From NCBI GenBank assembly GCA_000383115.1, contig KB910566.1, positions 8,545 through 72,544 of the forward strand: a stretch of DNA of 64,000 nt. Reading direction: 5' to 3'. The notes under the pieces were generated by a model. It had not been told where the DNA came from. It ran no database searches and saw nothing but the letters and a program-made list of their open reading frames with translations. This DNA is from an alpha proteobacterium SCGC AAA015-N04 (GTDB taxonomy: Bacteria > Pseudomonadota > Alphaproteobacteria > Puniceispirillales > Marisalimonadaceae). A program made the position numbers and the translations under genes. Numbering within the stretch: the first letter of the stretch is position 1; each line of letters starts with the position of its first letter. Positions 23,719-33,550 of the stretch are shown here, piece by piece.

Positions 23719-24843
23719 ATGAATTTTAAACAAAATAAATTTGCAACAGATTCCCTCTTAAAGATCTTTTTTTTAAAAGCTCTTAAAATAAATTGGTTAA
23801 TTGTTTTTTGCACAATTTTTCTAGGAATTATAGGCGTTGGTGCTCTTTACTCAGCTGCTGGAGGAAGTTGGGATCCGTGGGCTAAAAAACACTTAATCAG
23901 ATTTCTATCCGGATTAATTTTAATGTTTATAATTATATTTTTACCAACTAAGTTATTTTATAAGTTCAGCTTTTTATTTTTTATAACATGTTTAATCTTT
24001 CTAATTTTTGTCAAATTTTTTGGAGTAGGTAACATTCAAAGATGGATTTCATTTGGAGTGATTAATTTTCAGCCATCAGAATTAATGAAGTTAGGATTAA
24101 TTTTAGTTCTTGCTAAATATTTTGACAATTTATCTAGGATACAATTAGATAAACTTTTTCCGTACATAATTCCGTTTATTTTAATTTTTTTACCTGGTTT
24201 TATTGTTATTTCACAACCAGATTTGGGTACTGGATTAACAATTATATTACTTGGATTAGCAATCCTCTTTTATGTTGGTATATCTCTAAAATTTGTTTTA
24301 TTTTGTTTTTTTGTACTAATTTGTTCTATACCATTAATATGGCAACAACTTTATGAGTATCAAAAAAATAGAATATTAGTTTTTCTGAATCCTGAAATTG
24401 ATAGTCTTGGTAGTGGTTATCAAATAATACAATCAAAAATAGCAATAGGTTCAGGTGGCACTTTTGGAAAAGGTTACTTACTAGGAAGTCAGAGTAGACT
24501 AAATTATTTACCAGAAAAACATACTGATTTTATTTTTACACTAATCTCAGAGGAATTTGGTTTTATAGGATCAATGTCAATAATTTTAATATTTAGTGTT
24601 TTAATAATTTCTATTTTTAAAGTTAGTTTTAAAATTGAATCTTTTTTTTCTAAAATTTTAGTTTTTGGAATTGGTTTTCTATTTTTTCTCTATTTAACAC
24701 TGAATATTGGGATGGTATGTGGTTTGCTACCAGTAGTTGGTGCCCCATTACCACTTATAAGTTATGGTGGAACATCTTTATTCACCGTTTTAATTGCGAT
24801 AGGAATTGTGTTAAACATAAATTTGCGTGAAAACAGGATTTAA
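23719..24843 (+). CDS. rodA: SEDS protein RodA
   Basis: QPSE, QPDLGT, PEKHTDF and SYGG motifs. Confidence 0.95.
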   Translation: MNFKQNKFATDSLLKIFFLKALKINWLIVFCTIFLGIIGVGALYSAAGGSWDPWAKKHLIRFLSGLILMFIIIFLPTKLFYKFSFLFFITCLIFLIFVKFFGVGNIQRWISFGVINFQPSELMKLGLILVLAKYFDNLSRIQLDKLFPYIIPFILIFLPGFIVISQPDLGTGLTIILLGLAILFYVGISLKFVLFCFFVLICSIPLIWQQLYEYQKNRILVFLNPEIDSLGSGYQIIQSKIAIGSGGTFGKGYLLGSQSRLNYLPEKHTDFIFTLISEEFGFIGSMSIILIFSVLIISIFKVSFKIESFFSKILVFGIGFLFFLYLTLNIGMVCGLLPVVGAPLPLISYGGTSLFTVLIAIGIVLNINLRENRI

Positions 24844-24849
24844 CCAATT

Positions 24850-25875
24850 TTGGAGTTTTTAGAGATGTTTAGATTTTTTCTAGTAAAAAAATGGTTTTTA
24901 TGGTCTTGGTTAGGATCATTTATTATTTTATCATCATTGTGGGTGCAGGTTAAAATAGATGTCAAAATAAATGAGTGGTTTGGCAAATTTTATGATATGA
25001 TTCAAAAAGCCCTTGGAAAACCAAATTCGATTACGATCTCTGAATATTGGGAAAGCCTTTTTTCTTTTATATCTTTAGCTGGCTTATATGTTTCAGTCTA
25101 TGTCATAGTTAGTTTTTTTACTGCCCATTACTTATTTAGATGGAGGTCTGCAATGGTTGAATGGTACCACTCCGTTTATGAGCAAGCTAGTAAAATTGAA
25201 GGAGCCGCTCAGAGAGTTCAAGAAGATACGATTAAATTTTCAAGAATTATGGAATCTTTGGGAACAAGCTTGATCGAATCCATTATGGTTTTATTTCAAT
25301 TTATACCTATTCTGCTTGGATTGTCAGTTGGAATACCAATTTTTTTCTTTGGTGATTGGCAATATGGATTGATTACGGGTGCATTATTATGGACATTAGG
25401 TGGAACAATTTTTTTGATAGCTTTGGGTTGGATTTTAAGGTTAGTAGGAATAGAATATGATTTGCAAAAAAAAGAAGCAGCATATAGAAAACTTCTAGTT
25501 ATAGCGGAAGATGATGGAAGTGTTAGACCTAAAAAAATTGAAGAATTATTTGACGACGTTAGGTCAATTCATTTTTTAAGCTATTTAAGATATTTATATT
25601 TTAATATAGGAAGAATGGCTTATTTACAAGCTAATGTTTTATCTGCTTATGTTTTCCTTGCTCCAGCTATAGTTGCTGGTGTTGTTACTTTGGGAGTTAT
25701 GCAACAAATTATTAGGGCCTTTGGAAGAGTTGAAGGTTCGATGCAATATTTGTTAAAAGCTTGGCCAGTAATTATTGAGTTAGCAAGTGTATACAAACGC
25801 TTACGAGAATTTGAAGCACTTATAATTGAAGATAACCAAATTACCAGAGAAAATGAAAAAAACATTTCAAACTAA
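24850..25875 (+). CDS. SbmA/BacA-like peptide transporter
   Basis: FYDMIQ, IEGAAQRVQEDT and KRLREFE motifs. Confidence 0.85.
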   Translation: MEFLEMFRFFLVKKWFLWSWLGSFIILSSLWVQVKIDVKINEWFGKFYDMIQKALGKPNSITISEYWESLFSFISLAGLYVSVYVIVSFFTAHYLFRWRSAMVEWYHSVYEQASKIEGAAQRVQEDTIKFSRIMESLGTSLIESIMVLFQFIPILLGLSVGIPIFFFGDWQYGLITGALLWTLGGTIFLIALGWILRLVGIEYDLQKKEAAYRKLLVIAEDDGSVRPKKIEELFDDVRSIHFLSYLRYLYFNIGRMAYLQANVLSAYVFLAPAIVAGVVTLGVMQQIIRAFGRVEGSMQYLLKAWPVIIELASVYKRLREFEALIIEDNQITRENEKNISN

Positions 25876-26671
25876 ACTTGGGCTTTCTATTGGTATTTTA
25901 AGTTGGAAAGGTTATGAAAGTCTTTTCAATTCCCTTAAATCTTATGAAAAAAATGGATTGTCAGATTTTGTTAAGGAAAAATTTATTTGTCTTCCAGAAT
26001 ATTCTGAAGAAGGTATCAAATTAGCAAAAAAATTCAAATATGAGCCTATCCTTGTTGAAAGGAATTTAGGGATTCTTGGAGGATTTAAGCTTTTAGCAGA
26101 AAAAATGCCTAGAGGTCCTCTTCTATTACTTGAAAATGACTTAGAGTTAATTGAAAATAGAGACATTGTATTCAATCAGTTAAAGAGATCTATTGAACTT
26201 TTGTCTTTACCGAGGGTCATTCAGGTTAGATTAAGAAGTAGAAAAAATCCAGGTGAGCCTTTTGTGGGATTAGAAAAATACAAAAATTATTGGTCCAGTA
26301 ATTTAATTTCTTGTGCTAAAAGAATATTTAGGCCTAATAAAGCAAAAAAATTAATAGGTACATCGGTGTATCATCTTAATAATCCTGAAAATAGACATCC
26401 TGGTATATTTCAGGATTTGTCAAATGGATTTTATATGGTGTCTAGTTCATTTTTAAATTGGTCAAATTTAGCAATACTTGTGGATCGTGATGAGTATTTA
26501 AATACAATAATCAAAAAGGCAGAAAATACAATATCTAGAAAAAGAATTAACGGTTTTAAAAATATAGAAATTGAACTAAATAGCAATTGGTGGAGAGAAC
26601 AAGATAGATTTGATATAGTTATTGCACCTGGTTTGTTTTCACATAATAGACTTTATGATAGAGGATACTAA
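25853..26671 (+). CDS. Hypothetical protein, possibly glycosyltransferase family 2-like
   Basis: IGILSW N-terminal strand, NLGI..G and LLLEND (DxD-like); start uncertain. Confidence 0.5.
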   Translation: MKKTFQTKLGLSIGILSWKGYESLFNSLKSYEKNGLSDFVKEKFICLPEYSEEGIKLAKKFKYEPILVERNLGILGGFKLLAEKMPRGPLLLLENDLELIENRDIVFNQLKRSIELLSLPRVIQVRLRSRKNPGEPFVGLEKYKNYWSSNLISCAKRIFRPNKAKKLIGTSVYHLNNPENRHPGIFQDLSNGFYMVSSSFLNWSNLAILVDRDEYLNTIIKKAENTISRKRINGFKNIEIELNSNWWREQDRFDIVIAPGLFSHNRLYDRGY

Positions 26672-26677
26672 TTTAAA

Positions 26678-27964
26678 TTATTTTTTTCTCTTATTAATTT
26701 GATGAGCTCTTCCAATTGATAATGTATTATTAGGAATTTTTTTATTAAAAACACTTCCAGCTCCTAATGTAACATTATCTCCAATCTTTATTGGAGCAAT
26801 TATTGTAGAATTAGAACCTATAAATGAATTTTTTCCTATTTTTGTTTCATTTTTATTTTGTCCATCAAAGTTACATGTTATTGTTCCTGCTCCAATATTT
26901 GTTAATGATCCAATTTTGGTGTCCCCTATGTATGACAAATGGTTGATTTTAACTTTATCGTGAATATTACTTTTTTTAATTTCAACAAAATTACCAACTT
27001 TAGAATTTTCTCCAATTTTACTATTACCTCTTATTCTAGCAAATGGTCCAATAATAGAATTTTCTTTAATCTCACAATCTTCTAAATGAGAAAAAGAATT
27101 TATTTGAACAAATGGTCGGATAACAACTTTTTTTCCAAACACAACATTAGGATAAATTGTTACATTCCTGCAGATTTTAGTATCATAGTTAAAAAATACA
27201 GTTTCAGGAGCAATTAATTTACTACCATTTAACATTGCTTTTTCTCTTAAAAATTTTTGAGATATATTTTCTGCTATAGAGAGATCAATTTGGTCATTGA
27301 CACCTATAACTTCATTTTCTTGAACTTCGACAAAAGATATTTTTTGTTTATCCTTATTCATTATTTTTACAAGGTCAGTCAAGTAATATTCATTTGAGAT
27401 AATGTTTTTTTGTATTTTATCTAGGTAACTCATTGCGGAACTATGAAAAGCCATTATCCCACTATTGCAAAATTCGCTTTCAATCTTTTTGTTATAAGTG
27501 TTTTTTTGCTCTATTATTTCAATTGGTTCATTTTTTGAAGAAAAAATTATCTTTCCATAATTGTTTTTTACAGTTTTTTTAAAACCAGTTATAACTAATT
27601 TTGTATCACTTTTACATTTAGATATTATTTTTTTTATTGATTTTTTCGAAATAAAGGGTGTATCAGCAAAACAAACAATTATTACACCATTAAAATTTTT
27701 TAATAAAGTTACTGCTTTTTTAACAGCGTCACCAGTGCCTAACGGCTTTGGTTGTGTAACTGTGTCAAATTTACCAATAATGTCTCGAAATGCTTCGCTA
27801 TCTCTAGGTAGCACAATTATAGATTTTTTTATATTTGCAGCTTTATTAGCGTCAATTACCCAATTGAGCATTGGTTTGCCAGAAATGCAATGTAAAGGCT
27901 TTGGAATGTCTGAGGACATTCTTCTACCATTACCGGCACTCAATATTATTGAACATATATCCAT
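26678..27964 (-). CDS. glmU: Bifunctional GlmU
   Basis: LSAGNGRRM...PK, EYYLTD, HLSYIGD and hexapeptide repeats. Confidence 0.96.
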   Translation of the reverse strand: MDICSIILSAGNGRRMSSDIPKPLHCISGKPMLNWVIDANKAANIKKSIIVLPRDSEAFRDIIGKFDTVTQPKPLGTGDAVKKAVTLLKNFNGVIIVCFADTPFISKKSIKKIISKCKSDTKLVITGFKKTVKNNYGKIIFSSKNEPIEIIEQKNTYNKKIESEFCNSGIMAFHSSAMSYLDKIQKNIISNEYYLTDLVKIMNKDKQKISFVEVQENEVIGVNDQIDLSIAENISQKFLREKAMLNGSKLIAPETVFFNYDTKICRNVTIYPNVVFGKKVVIRPFVQINSFSHLEDCEIKENSIIGPFARIRGNSKIGENSKVGNFVEIKKSNIHDKVKINHLSYIGDTKIGSLTNIGAGTITCNFDGQNKNETKIGKNSFIGSNSTIIAPIKIGDNVTLGAGSVFNKKIPNNTLSIGRAHQINKRKK

Positions 27965-28048
27965 AAAAATGTTATATCTCTTAAGACTAGAAAATTAAAG
28001 TTTTAAATTTGCCAAAAAAAAGTATTTTTTTAAATATTAGGAGCTTTT

Positions 28049-29896
28049 ATGTGCGGAGTTGTAGCTATTGTAGGAAAAGAGAAAGCAAGTACTCTTGTTA
28101 TTGAGGGTTTAAAAAAATTAGAGTATAGGGGGTATGATTCTGCAGGTATTGCTTCTTTGAATAATGGTTTGATACAATCTATTAAATTAGAAGGTAAACT
28201 TGAAAATCTAGTTAATGAATTTAATTTATTGACTAAAGAAAAAGTTTATAATGACACTTCAATTGCATTAGGTCATACAAGATGGGCAACACACGGAAAC
28301 GTTAATATAAAAAATGCCCACCCAATAATTAGTGAAAATAAAGTTGCTGTTGTTCATAATGGTATTATTGAAAATTATTTAGAATTAAAGGAAAAATTAT
28401 TATCAGAAAAATTTAATTTTAAAAGCGAAACAGATACTGAAGTAATACCAAATTTATTTATCAAATATATCAGAGATGGCAATAATTTTCTCGAATCAGG
28501 TAGATTAGTTTTAAAAGATATAAAAGGCGCGTTTGCATTTATAGCAATGTGTACTGATTATCCAAACCAATTATTTGTTTCAAGAAATTCCTCTCCATTG
28601 GCTATTGGTTTAGGAGAAAATTCGAATTTTGTTGGATCAGATGCTCAGTCAATGAATCATCTAACTGACAGAATAGTATATCTAGAGGATGGTGATCATG
28701 CAATTCTCACACTTAATAAAGTTAAAATTTATGACAAAAATTTTAATTTAACCAATAGAAAAATAATTAATATTAAAGCTGAAATAGGCTTTATAACTAA
28801 AGGTGGTTATAAACACTTTATGGAAAAAGAAATACATGAACAACCTTCTGTAATACCTCAGACTATTTCTTCTTTTGCTGTAGGAAAAAAATCGTTAAAA
28901 ATTGACGTAGATAAACTTGGCTTTACAGACAAAGGTTCATTATTAATTTGTGCAGCAGGAACTAGTTTTTATGCAGCTATGGTTGGCAAGTATTGGATTG
29001 AACAAATTGCAAATATTCCTGTAACAGTCGATTTAGCATCAGAATATAGATACAGAAAACCTTGTATTTTTGGTCAAAAATCAATCTTAGTTATTTCTCA
29101 ATCAGGTGAGAGTTTAGACACCCTAATGGCACTTAGGTATGCAAAGGAGTTAGGTTTAAGAACTTCTGCTGTGATAAATGTAGAAGGAAGTACCATCGAT
29201 AGGGAGGTTGATTATAGTTTACACACCAGAGTAGGACCAGAAATAGGAGTTGCAAGCACAAAATCATTTACGTCTCAATTAGTAGTATTGTATTTGATAG
29301 CCATAACACTTGGAAAGCGTTTCAATGATATAAAACAAGATGTAATAGAAAAGCATTTAAAGTTTATAAATATGTTACCTAGAGCTATTGCTAAAATGTT
29401 AGAATTAGAAAACAAAATAATTTCAATTGCACAAATTATAAAAAATTCTAATAGTGTTATTTTTTTAGGAAGAGGTTTTTTATATCCTCTTGCTCTAGAA
29501 GGGGCTTTAAAATTAAAAGAATTAAGTTATATTCATGCAGAAGGGTTTGCTGCAGGAGAAATGAAGCATGGCCCCATTGCACTAATTGAAAATGATATTC
29601 CAGTAGTAATGTTTTTAGTTTCTGATGGTTATGAAGATAAGGCTATTAGTAATCTACAAGAGGCTTACTCTAGAGGTGCTAAAATTATATTAATTAGTGA
29701 CAAAGAATGTATAAAAAAAAGTGAATTTGCAAATTTAAAAATCCTAATACCAGAATTTAACAATGAATTTAAGTCTTTATTGTCCCCAATATTAATGTCA
29801 ATTCCTGCTCAATTGTTAGCTTATCACGTTGCTAAAGAAAGAGGCACAGATGTCGATCAACCAAGAAATCTAGCTAAATCAGTTACTGTGGAGTAG
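28049..29896 (+). CDS. glmS: Glutamine-fructose-6-phosphate aminotransferase
   Basis: MCG start, GHTRWATHG and C-terminal PRNLAKSVTVE. Confidence 0.98.
   Translation: MCGVVAIVGKEKASTLVIEGLKKLEYRGYDSAGIASLNNGLIQSIKLEGKLENLVNEFNLLTKEKVYNDTSIALGHTRWATHGNVNIKNAHPIISENKVAVVHNGIIENYLELKEKLLSEKFNFKSETDTEVIPNLFIKYIRDGNNFLESGRLVLKDIKGAFAFIAMCTDYPNQLFVSRNSSPLAIGLGENSNFVGSDAQSMNHLTDRIVYLEDGDHAILTLNKVKIYDKNFNLTNRKIINIKAEIGFITKGGYKHFMEKEIHEQPSVIPQTISSFAVGKKSLKIDVDKLGFTDKGSLLICAAGTSFYAAMVGKYWIEQIANIPVTVDLASEYRYRKPCIFGQKSILVISQSGESLDTLMALRYAKELGLRTSAVINVEGSTIDREVDYSLHTRVGPEIGVASTKSFTSQLVVLYLIAITLGKRFNDIKQDVIEKHLKFINMLPRAIAKMLELENKIISIAQIIKNSNSVIFLGRGFLYPLALEGALKLKELSYIHAEGFAAGEMKHGPIALIENDIPVVMFLVSDGYEDKAISNLQEAYSRGAKIILISDKECIKKSEFANLKILIPEFNNEFKSLLSPILMSIPAQLLAYHVAKERGTDVDQPRNLAKSVTVE
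29879..29896 (+). repeat. att core copy 1 (native glmS end)
   Basis: TCA GTT ACT GTG GAG TAG. Confidence 0.9.
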
Positions 29897-30002
29897 ATTT
29901 AAAAGTACTATCTTTGAACTAAAATTTTATGTTAGGTGGAATGTAGTAGTTAAATCCAATGATTTAGGGTTATTTCGGATAAGAAATGGTAGATTAATTA
30001 GA

Positions 30003-30233
30003 TTGGAATTAATGAAGTATTTGAGTGATGAAGGTTATTCAAATAGGGAAATATCAGATTTTTTAAATATTAGTAATATCAAAAAGGTAAGAACCAATGA
30101 TATGTATAAACCTAAAGATGTCTGGGAAGGTCTAAAGAAATATAATCAGAGGTTAAAAAGAATTAATAACTGTCAAACTTTATCAATTACAGAGACTTTG
30201 TATGTTGAAAAAGTACTAAAAGAAAATATTTGA
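30003..30233 (+). CDS. Stand-alone Recombinase-domain-like DNA-binding ORF; the frame is open back to the att core
   Basis: L..EGYSNREISDFLN..NIK..R....YKPKDVW pattern; paralog of 31581-31952. Confidence 0.6.
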   Translation: MELMKYLSDEGYSNREISDFLNISNIKKVRTNDMYKPKDVWEGLKKYNQRLKRINNCQTLSITETLYVEKVLKENI

Positions 30234-30236
30234 CTA

Positions 30237-30272
30237 TATGAATATTTATGAATATATTCATAATTATGAATA
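30237..30272. promoter_or_regulatory. Operator-like TATGAATA repeats at the XRE gene start
   Basis: TATGAATA at 30237, 30247 and 30265, inverted copy TATTCATA at 30255. Confidence 0.5.
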
Positions 30273-30643
30273 TGAGAAAAGATACAAATCCTTTAAAAAG
30301 AAGAAGAATATCATTAGGTATTACTCAAAAACAAATATCTAAATTTCTTAATGTTACACAATCTCAATATTCTAAAATAGAAAGTGGTGAAAGTGACCCC
30401 ACTAAACACTTAAATAAATTATCTGAAATCTTAGAATGTAAACCAAATGAAATCTTTAGTGGAAAAATACTTAATGAAATTGAAGAAGAATTTCTAAATG
30501 ACCCAATTAAAGAAAGAAGTACAACTTATCATGAAAGTAAACCTGACTCTGTTTATATCAAAATGGAAGGTTGGTTTACTCAAAAGGAATTAGAAGATTT
30601 TGTAGAATTTTCAAAGAGTGGATTTAAAGATGGAAAAAGTTGA
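30266..30643 (+). CDS. XRE-family HTH regulator
   Basis: LGITQKQISKFLNVTQSQYSKIESG; start moved to 30266 by alignment with the paralog at 32974-33384. Confidence 0.85.
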   Translation: MNMRKDTNPLKRRRISLGITQKQISKFLNVTQSQYSKIESGESDPTKHLNKLSEILECKPNEIFSGKILNEIEEEFLNDPIKERSTTYHESKPDSVYIKMEGWFTQKELEDFVEFSKSGFKDGKS

Positions 30644-31007
30644 AACTCATTTTGTTGAGACAAAAGATTATGTTTATAGGACTAAAGTTGATTTAGTTAA
30701 AAATGAGTTAAACGAGATAATTCGTTTTAAAGTTGTTTGTTACGATAGAGTTGTAGAGTTTGATAAAAATAAAGATCCAATGTTTTATGTTGATAAGTTA
30801 AATGGAGATGATAAAAAAATAATCTTAAAAGATGGTTTTAAAAATGTAGGAAGACCATGGATTTCAAAACAAATAAAATTTTTGATTGAGTGTTTCGAGA
30901 GGAATGATGGAGATATTGAAAAGATCTCAATCTTAATGGAAAGAACAGAAAGATCTATTAGACTTAAACTAATTGAATTAGGACTAATTGAAAAAGATTT
31001 AAATTAA
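30630..31007 (+). CDS. Hypothetical protein with C-terminal Myb/SANT-like HTH
   Basis: GRPW...I..L......DIEKISILMERTERSIRLKL. Confidence 0.6.
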   Translation: MEKVETHFVETKDYVYRTKVDLVKNELNEIIRFKVVCYDRVVEFDKNKDPMFYVDKLNGDDKKIILKDGFKNVGRPWISKQIKFLIECFERNDGDIEKISILMERTERSIRLKLIELGLIEKDLN

Positions 31008-31011
31008 AATT

Positions 31012-31464
31012 TTATTTTTTGTTAAAAAAACCTTGTTCGTAAATTCCTTGTAATCTCAATGAACCATCAATATTATATTCAAAATATTCACCATCTAATT
31101 CATTGTGATTATAGTTACTTCTTATAAATATATTTCCATTTCGATAATAATTAATCCATGGACCATTTTTCTTATTATTGACATAATTAATTTTGTCTAT
31201 TAATTGTCCAGTTTCATAATATCTTGACCAATAACCTTCTTTTTTACCATTCTTCAAAAAACCTTGTTCTTCTCCAGTAACTTTTCCAGTAAATGGTTCA
31301 TCAGAAAATTTTTTGAAAAAAACTCCATTCCTTGAGATTAATTGTTTAAAATCAATTTTAGGACACATATAACCAGTCTTTTCACAAATTAATTTTTGAG
31401 AATATCCTACAGATGAATTTAAACATAAGATCATTGTAAAGATTGTAATTAAAAATATTTTCAT
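31012..31464 (-). CDS. Secreted MORN-repeat (YwqK-like) protein
   Basis: Signal peptide; PFTG and repeated G.W..YY.NG motifs. Confidence 0.8.
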   Translation of the reverse strand: MKIFLITIFTMILCLNSSVGYSQKLICEKTGYMCPKIDFKQLISRNGVFFKKFSDEPFTGKVTGEEQGFLKNGKKEGYWSRYYETGQLIDKINYVNNKKNGPWINYYRNGNIFIRSNYNHNELDGEYFEYNIDGSLRLQGIYEQGFFNKK

Positions 31465-31580
31465 TTCTTCACTATTTTAATACCAACATATTTTTAAAAA
31501 TATTTTAAATTAAAACAAAATAATGAACAAATTAAAAATATTAACTTTTAGTTACTTTAAATTAACTTAATATAGTAACT

Positions 31581-31952
31581 TTGAATCTATTCCGTTACAG
31601 TGGAGTGAGTTTAAAGTATCGGTTCTTATTTCTCCCAAATATGGGTTACTTTTTCACTAATACATTAGACATTACTACTTCTTCACTATCTTTAGATTAT
31701 ATTAATCCTAAAAATAAAAAAAGATTAGATTTCATTATGAAATTACATAATGATGGTATGACTAATATACAAATAGTTGAAATATTAAAATCGAAAAAAA
31801 TTAAAAGAAGAAATAAGAATGATTTTTATTCAGTTAAAGATGTTTGGGTATGTATAAAAAAACTAAAAGACAGAAATCTTCGAAAAAGTAACATTAAAGA
31901 AATACTTGGTGATTGGGAAATATGGAAGTATGATTATGAAAAAAGTGAATAA
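31581..31952 (+). CDS. Stand-alone Recombinase-domain-like ORF crossing att core 2 (alternative start 31641)
   Basis: LHNDGMTNIQIVEILK..KIKRR...YSVKDVW; paralog of 30003-30233. Confidence 0.6.
   Translation: MNLFRYSGVSLKYRFLFLPNMGYFFTNTLDITTSSLSLDYINPKNKKRLDFIMKLHNDGMTNIQIVEILKSKKIKRRNKNDFYSVKDVWVCIKKLKDRNLRKSNIKEILGDWEIWKYDYEKSE
31591..31608 (+). repeat. att core copy 2
   Basis: TCC GTT ACA GTG GAG TGA. Confidence 0.9.
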
Positions 31953-31956
31953 AAAC

Positions 31957-32142
31957 ATGAAATTTTTTATAATTATTATTTCCATAATTTTTCTTTCAAG
32001 TTGTGTTCAAATACCTATTGATAATGATAATAACGTTGTATTGTCACCTTTCGGTGTTGGTTTATCAAAAAAGAAGAAATGTGTTCCAAATCCTGATTAT
32101 TATTGTCCAGGTGAAATTGTTAAACCAAAGAAACAAAATTAA
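31957..32142 (+). CDS. Small putative lipoprotein
   Basis: MKFFIIIISIIFLSSC lipobox. Confidence 0.6.
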   Translation: MKFFIIIISIIFLSSCVQIPIDNDNNVVLSPFGVGLSKKKKCVPNPDYYCPGEIVKPKKQN

Positions 32143-32182
32143 AGTAATTTAAAATTATTAAGAAATGATACTTTAAACTCAT

Positions 32183-32200
32183 TCTGTTACCGTGGAGTAG
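32183..32200 (+). repeat. att core copy 3
   Basis: TCT GTT ACC GTG GAG TAG. Confidence 0.9.
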
Positions 32201-32320
32201 TTTTGCTGTGGGGTAAGTTTCTTCTCTATTCCCCATGTTTTTTCTTTAGAAATTGAGATGGCAGTTGAGTTTTGACCATCTATTAAATTTTATTTAAACA
32301 TTTAAAAATAAATTAATTTT

Positions 32321-32812
32321 TTAATCTTCTTCATCAGAATAATTATCTTCTATAATACCTAAATCAACCAACCATTCTTCCCAATACCCACTATTGCCCG
32401 GCAGATAATTCGGGGTATCCTCAAAATCATCTTTATTTTCAAAATATACGCCTAATATTTTGTAATCTAAAGCATGATTTTTATCACTAGTTTCCCAAAC
32501 TATATCAATTTTAATGTTTTCTTCTGCTTGAGTATTTAAATAATATTTGCTGTGTATTAATTTCAAATTATCAAGACTGATATTCGACCATTCGGTATAT
32601 CTTAGTAAAATTTTATTGTTTTTATCAAAATCTTTTATTTCGTTATGTGAAATTGCTTCAAGATTACAAACGTTTCCAATCCAATTAGTCTCCTTTTCGG
32701 GTAAGAGTTTATCATCTAGTATAGCATTATCTGTAAGCAAATCACAAAACTCTTCATAATGCATATCATCAATTTCACAAAGATTTGTTTTCTTTTCTAA
32801 CTCAGGTGTCAC
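32321..32812 (-). CDS. Acidic hypothetical protein
   Basis: 163-aa ORF with GAGG RBS upstream of GTG. Confidence 0.65.
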   Translation of the reverse strand: MTPELEKKTNLCEIDDMHYEEFCDLLTDNAILDDKLLPEKETNWIGNVCNLEAISHNEIKDFDKNNKILLRYTEWSNISLDNLKLIHSKYYLNTQAEENIKIDIVWETSDKNHALDYKILGVYFENKDDFEDTPNYLPGNSGYWEEWLVDLGIIEDNYSDEED

Positions 32813-32973
32813 TTTATATTCCTCTATTATTACTATTAAGATCTGTTATATTTTCATTAATCACCAATTTTCATATTTTATAATCATTGATTGTATAAAT
32901 TTGCATAAAGTTTGAATATTCTTGTTTTATTTCTTTTAATCTTTTTTCAGATATTTCTCTAATATTTTCTTTG

Positions 32974-33384
32974 TTATTTATATTTCCATCTAATTCCATC
33001 TTCATTAACCTTCCATTCATCTAATTCTTTAATTAACATTTCATAATTATCTATTATTTGTTTCTTTGTGAACCATCCGTGTATTTTCAGGTTTACATAT
33101 CCAGGTTTTCTTTCATGAAATATTCTTTGAAAATTATTAGTTGAATCATTCAAAAAATCGTCTTCTATTTCTTTTAATATTTTGCCTTGAAAAACCTCAT
33201 TTGGTTCACAATTAAAGATCTCTGACAATTTCTTTAGATGTTTGTTGGGATCTGAGTCACCTTTTTCAATTCTGGAATATTGAGATTGAGTAATGCCAAG
33301 AAGTTTTGATATCTCTTGTTGACTATACCCAAACTGAAGTCTTCTTCTTTCAAGTGGATTGGTAATATTCTTATAATTGTTCAT
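32974..33384 (-). CDS. XRE-family HTH regulator, paralog of 30266-30643
   Basis: TNPL.RRR...QSQYS.IE.G.SDP.KHL..LSEI..C.PNE.F.GKIL.EIE..FLND shared with the paralog. Confidence 0.85.
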   Translation of the reverse strand: MNNYKNITNPLERRRLQFGYSQQEISKLLGITQSQYSRIEKGDSDPNKHLKKLSEIFNCEPNEVFQGKILKEIEDDFLNDSTNNFQRIFHERKPGYVNLKIHGWFTKKQIIDNYEMLIKELDEWKVNEDGIRWKYK

Positions 33385-33532
33385 AATTAATTATATTATG
33401 CATTATTATGATTAATGTAAACTAATTATTGAAAATTTATTTGTCTTTAATTGAATTTTTAAAATTTGTTAAAATTACAAATTTTAATGGTAGGTATAAT
33501 TTTAAATTATTTTTTACCCCATACCCAAACCA

Positions 33533-33550
33533 TTGAAAACCGTAGAATAG
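33533..33550 (+). repeat. att core copy 4 (degenerate 5' half)
   Basis: TTG AAA ACC GTA GAA TAG followed by GTTCC as in copy 7. Confidence 0.7.

Larger units (their letters stand above)
29879..31608. mobile_element. Cassette 1
   Basis: IR 29891-29911 vs 31572-31592, 17/21 match. Confidence 0.8.
31591..32200. mobile_element. Cassette 2
   Basis: IR 31603-31620 vs 32167-32184, 17/18 match. Confidence 0.85.
32183..33550. mobile_element. Cassette 3
   Basis: IR 32195-32216 vs 33514-33535, 16/22 match including TTACCCCA/TGGGGTAA. Confidence 0.75.

Noticed and set aside
29874-32200. Full integrase ORF restored by circularising cassette 1 or 2
   Set aside because: In-frame stops occur within about 45 bp upstream of the reconstructed junctions (31568-31570 and 32140-32142).
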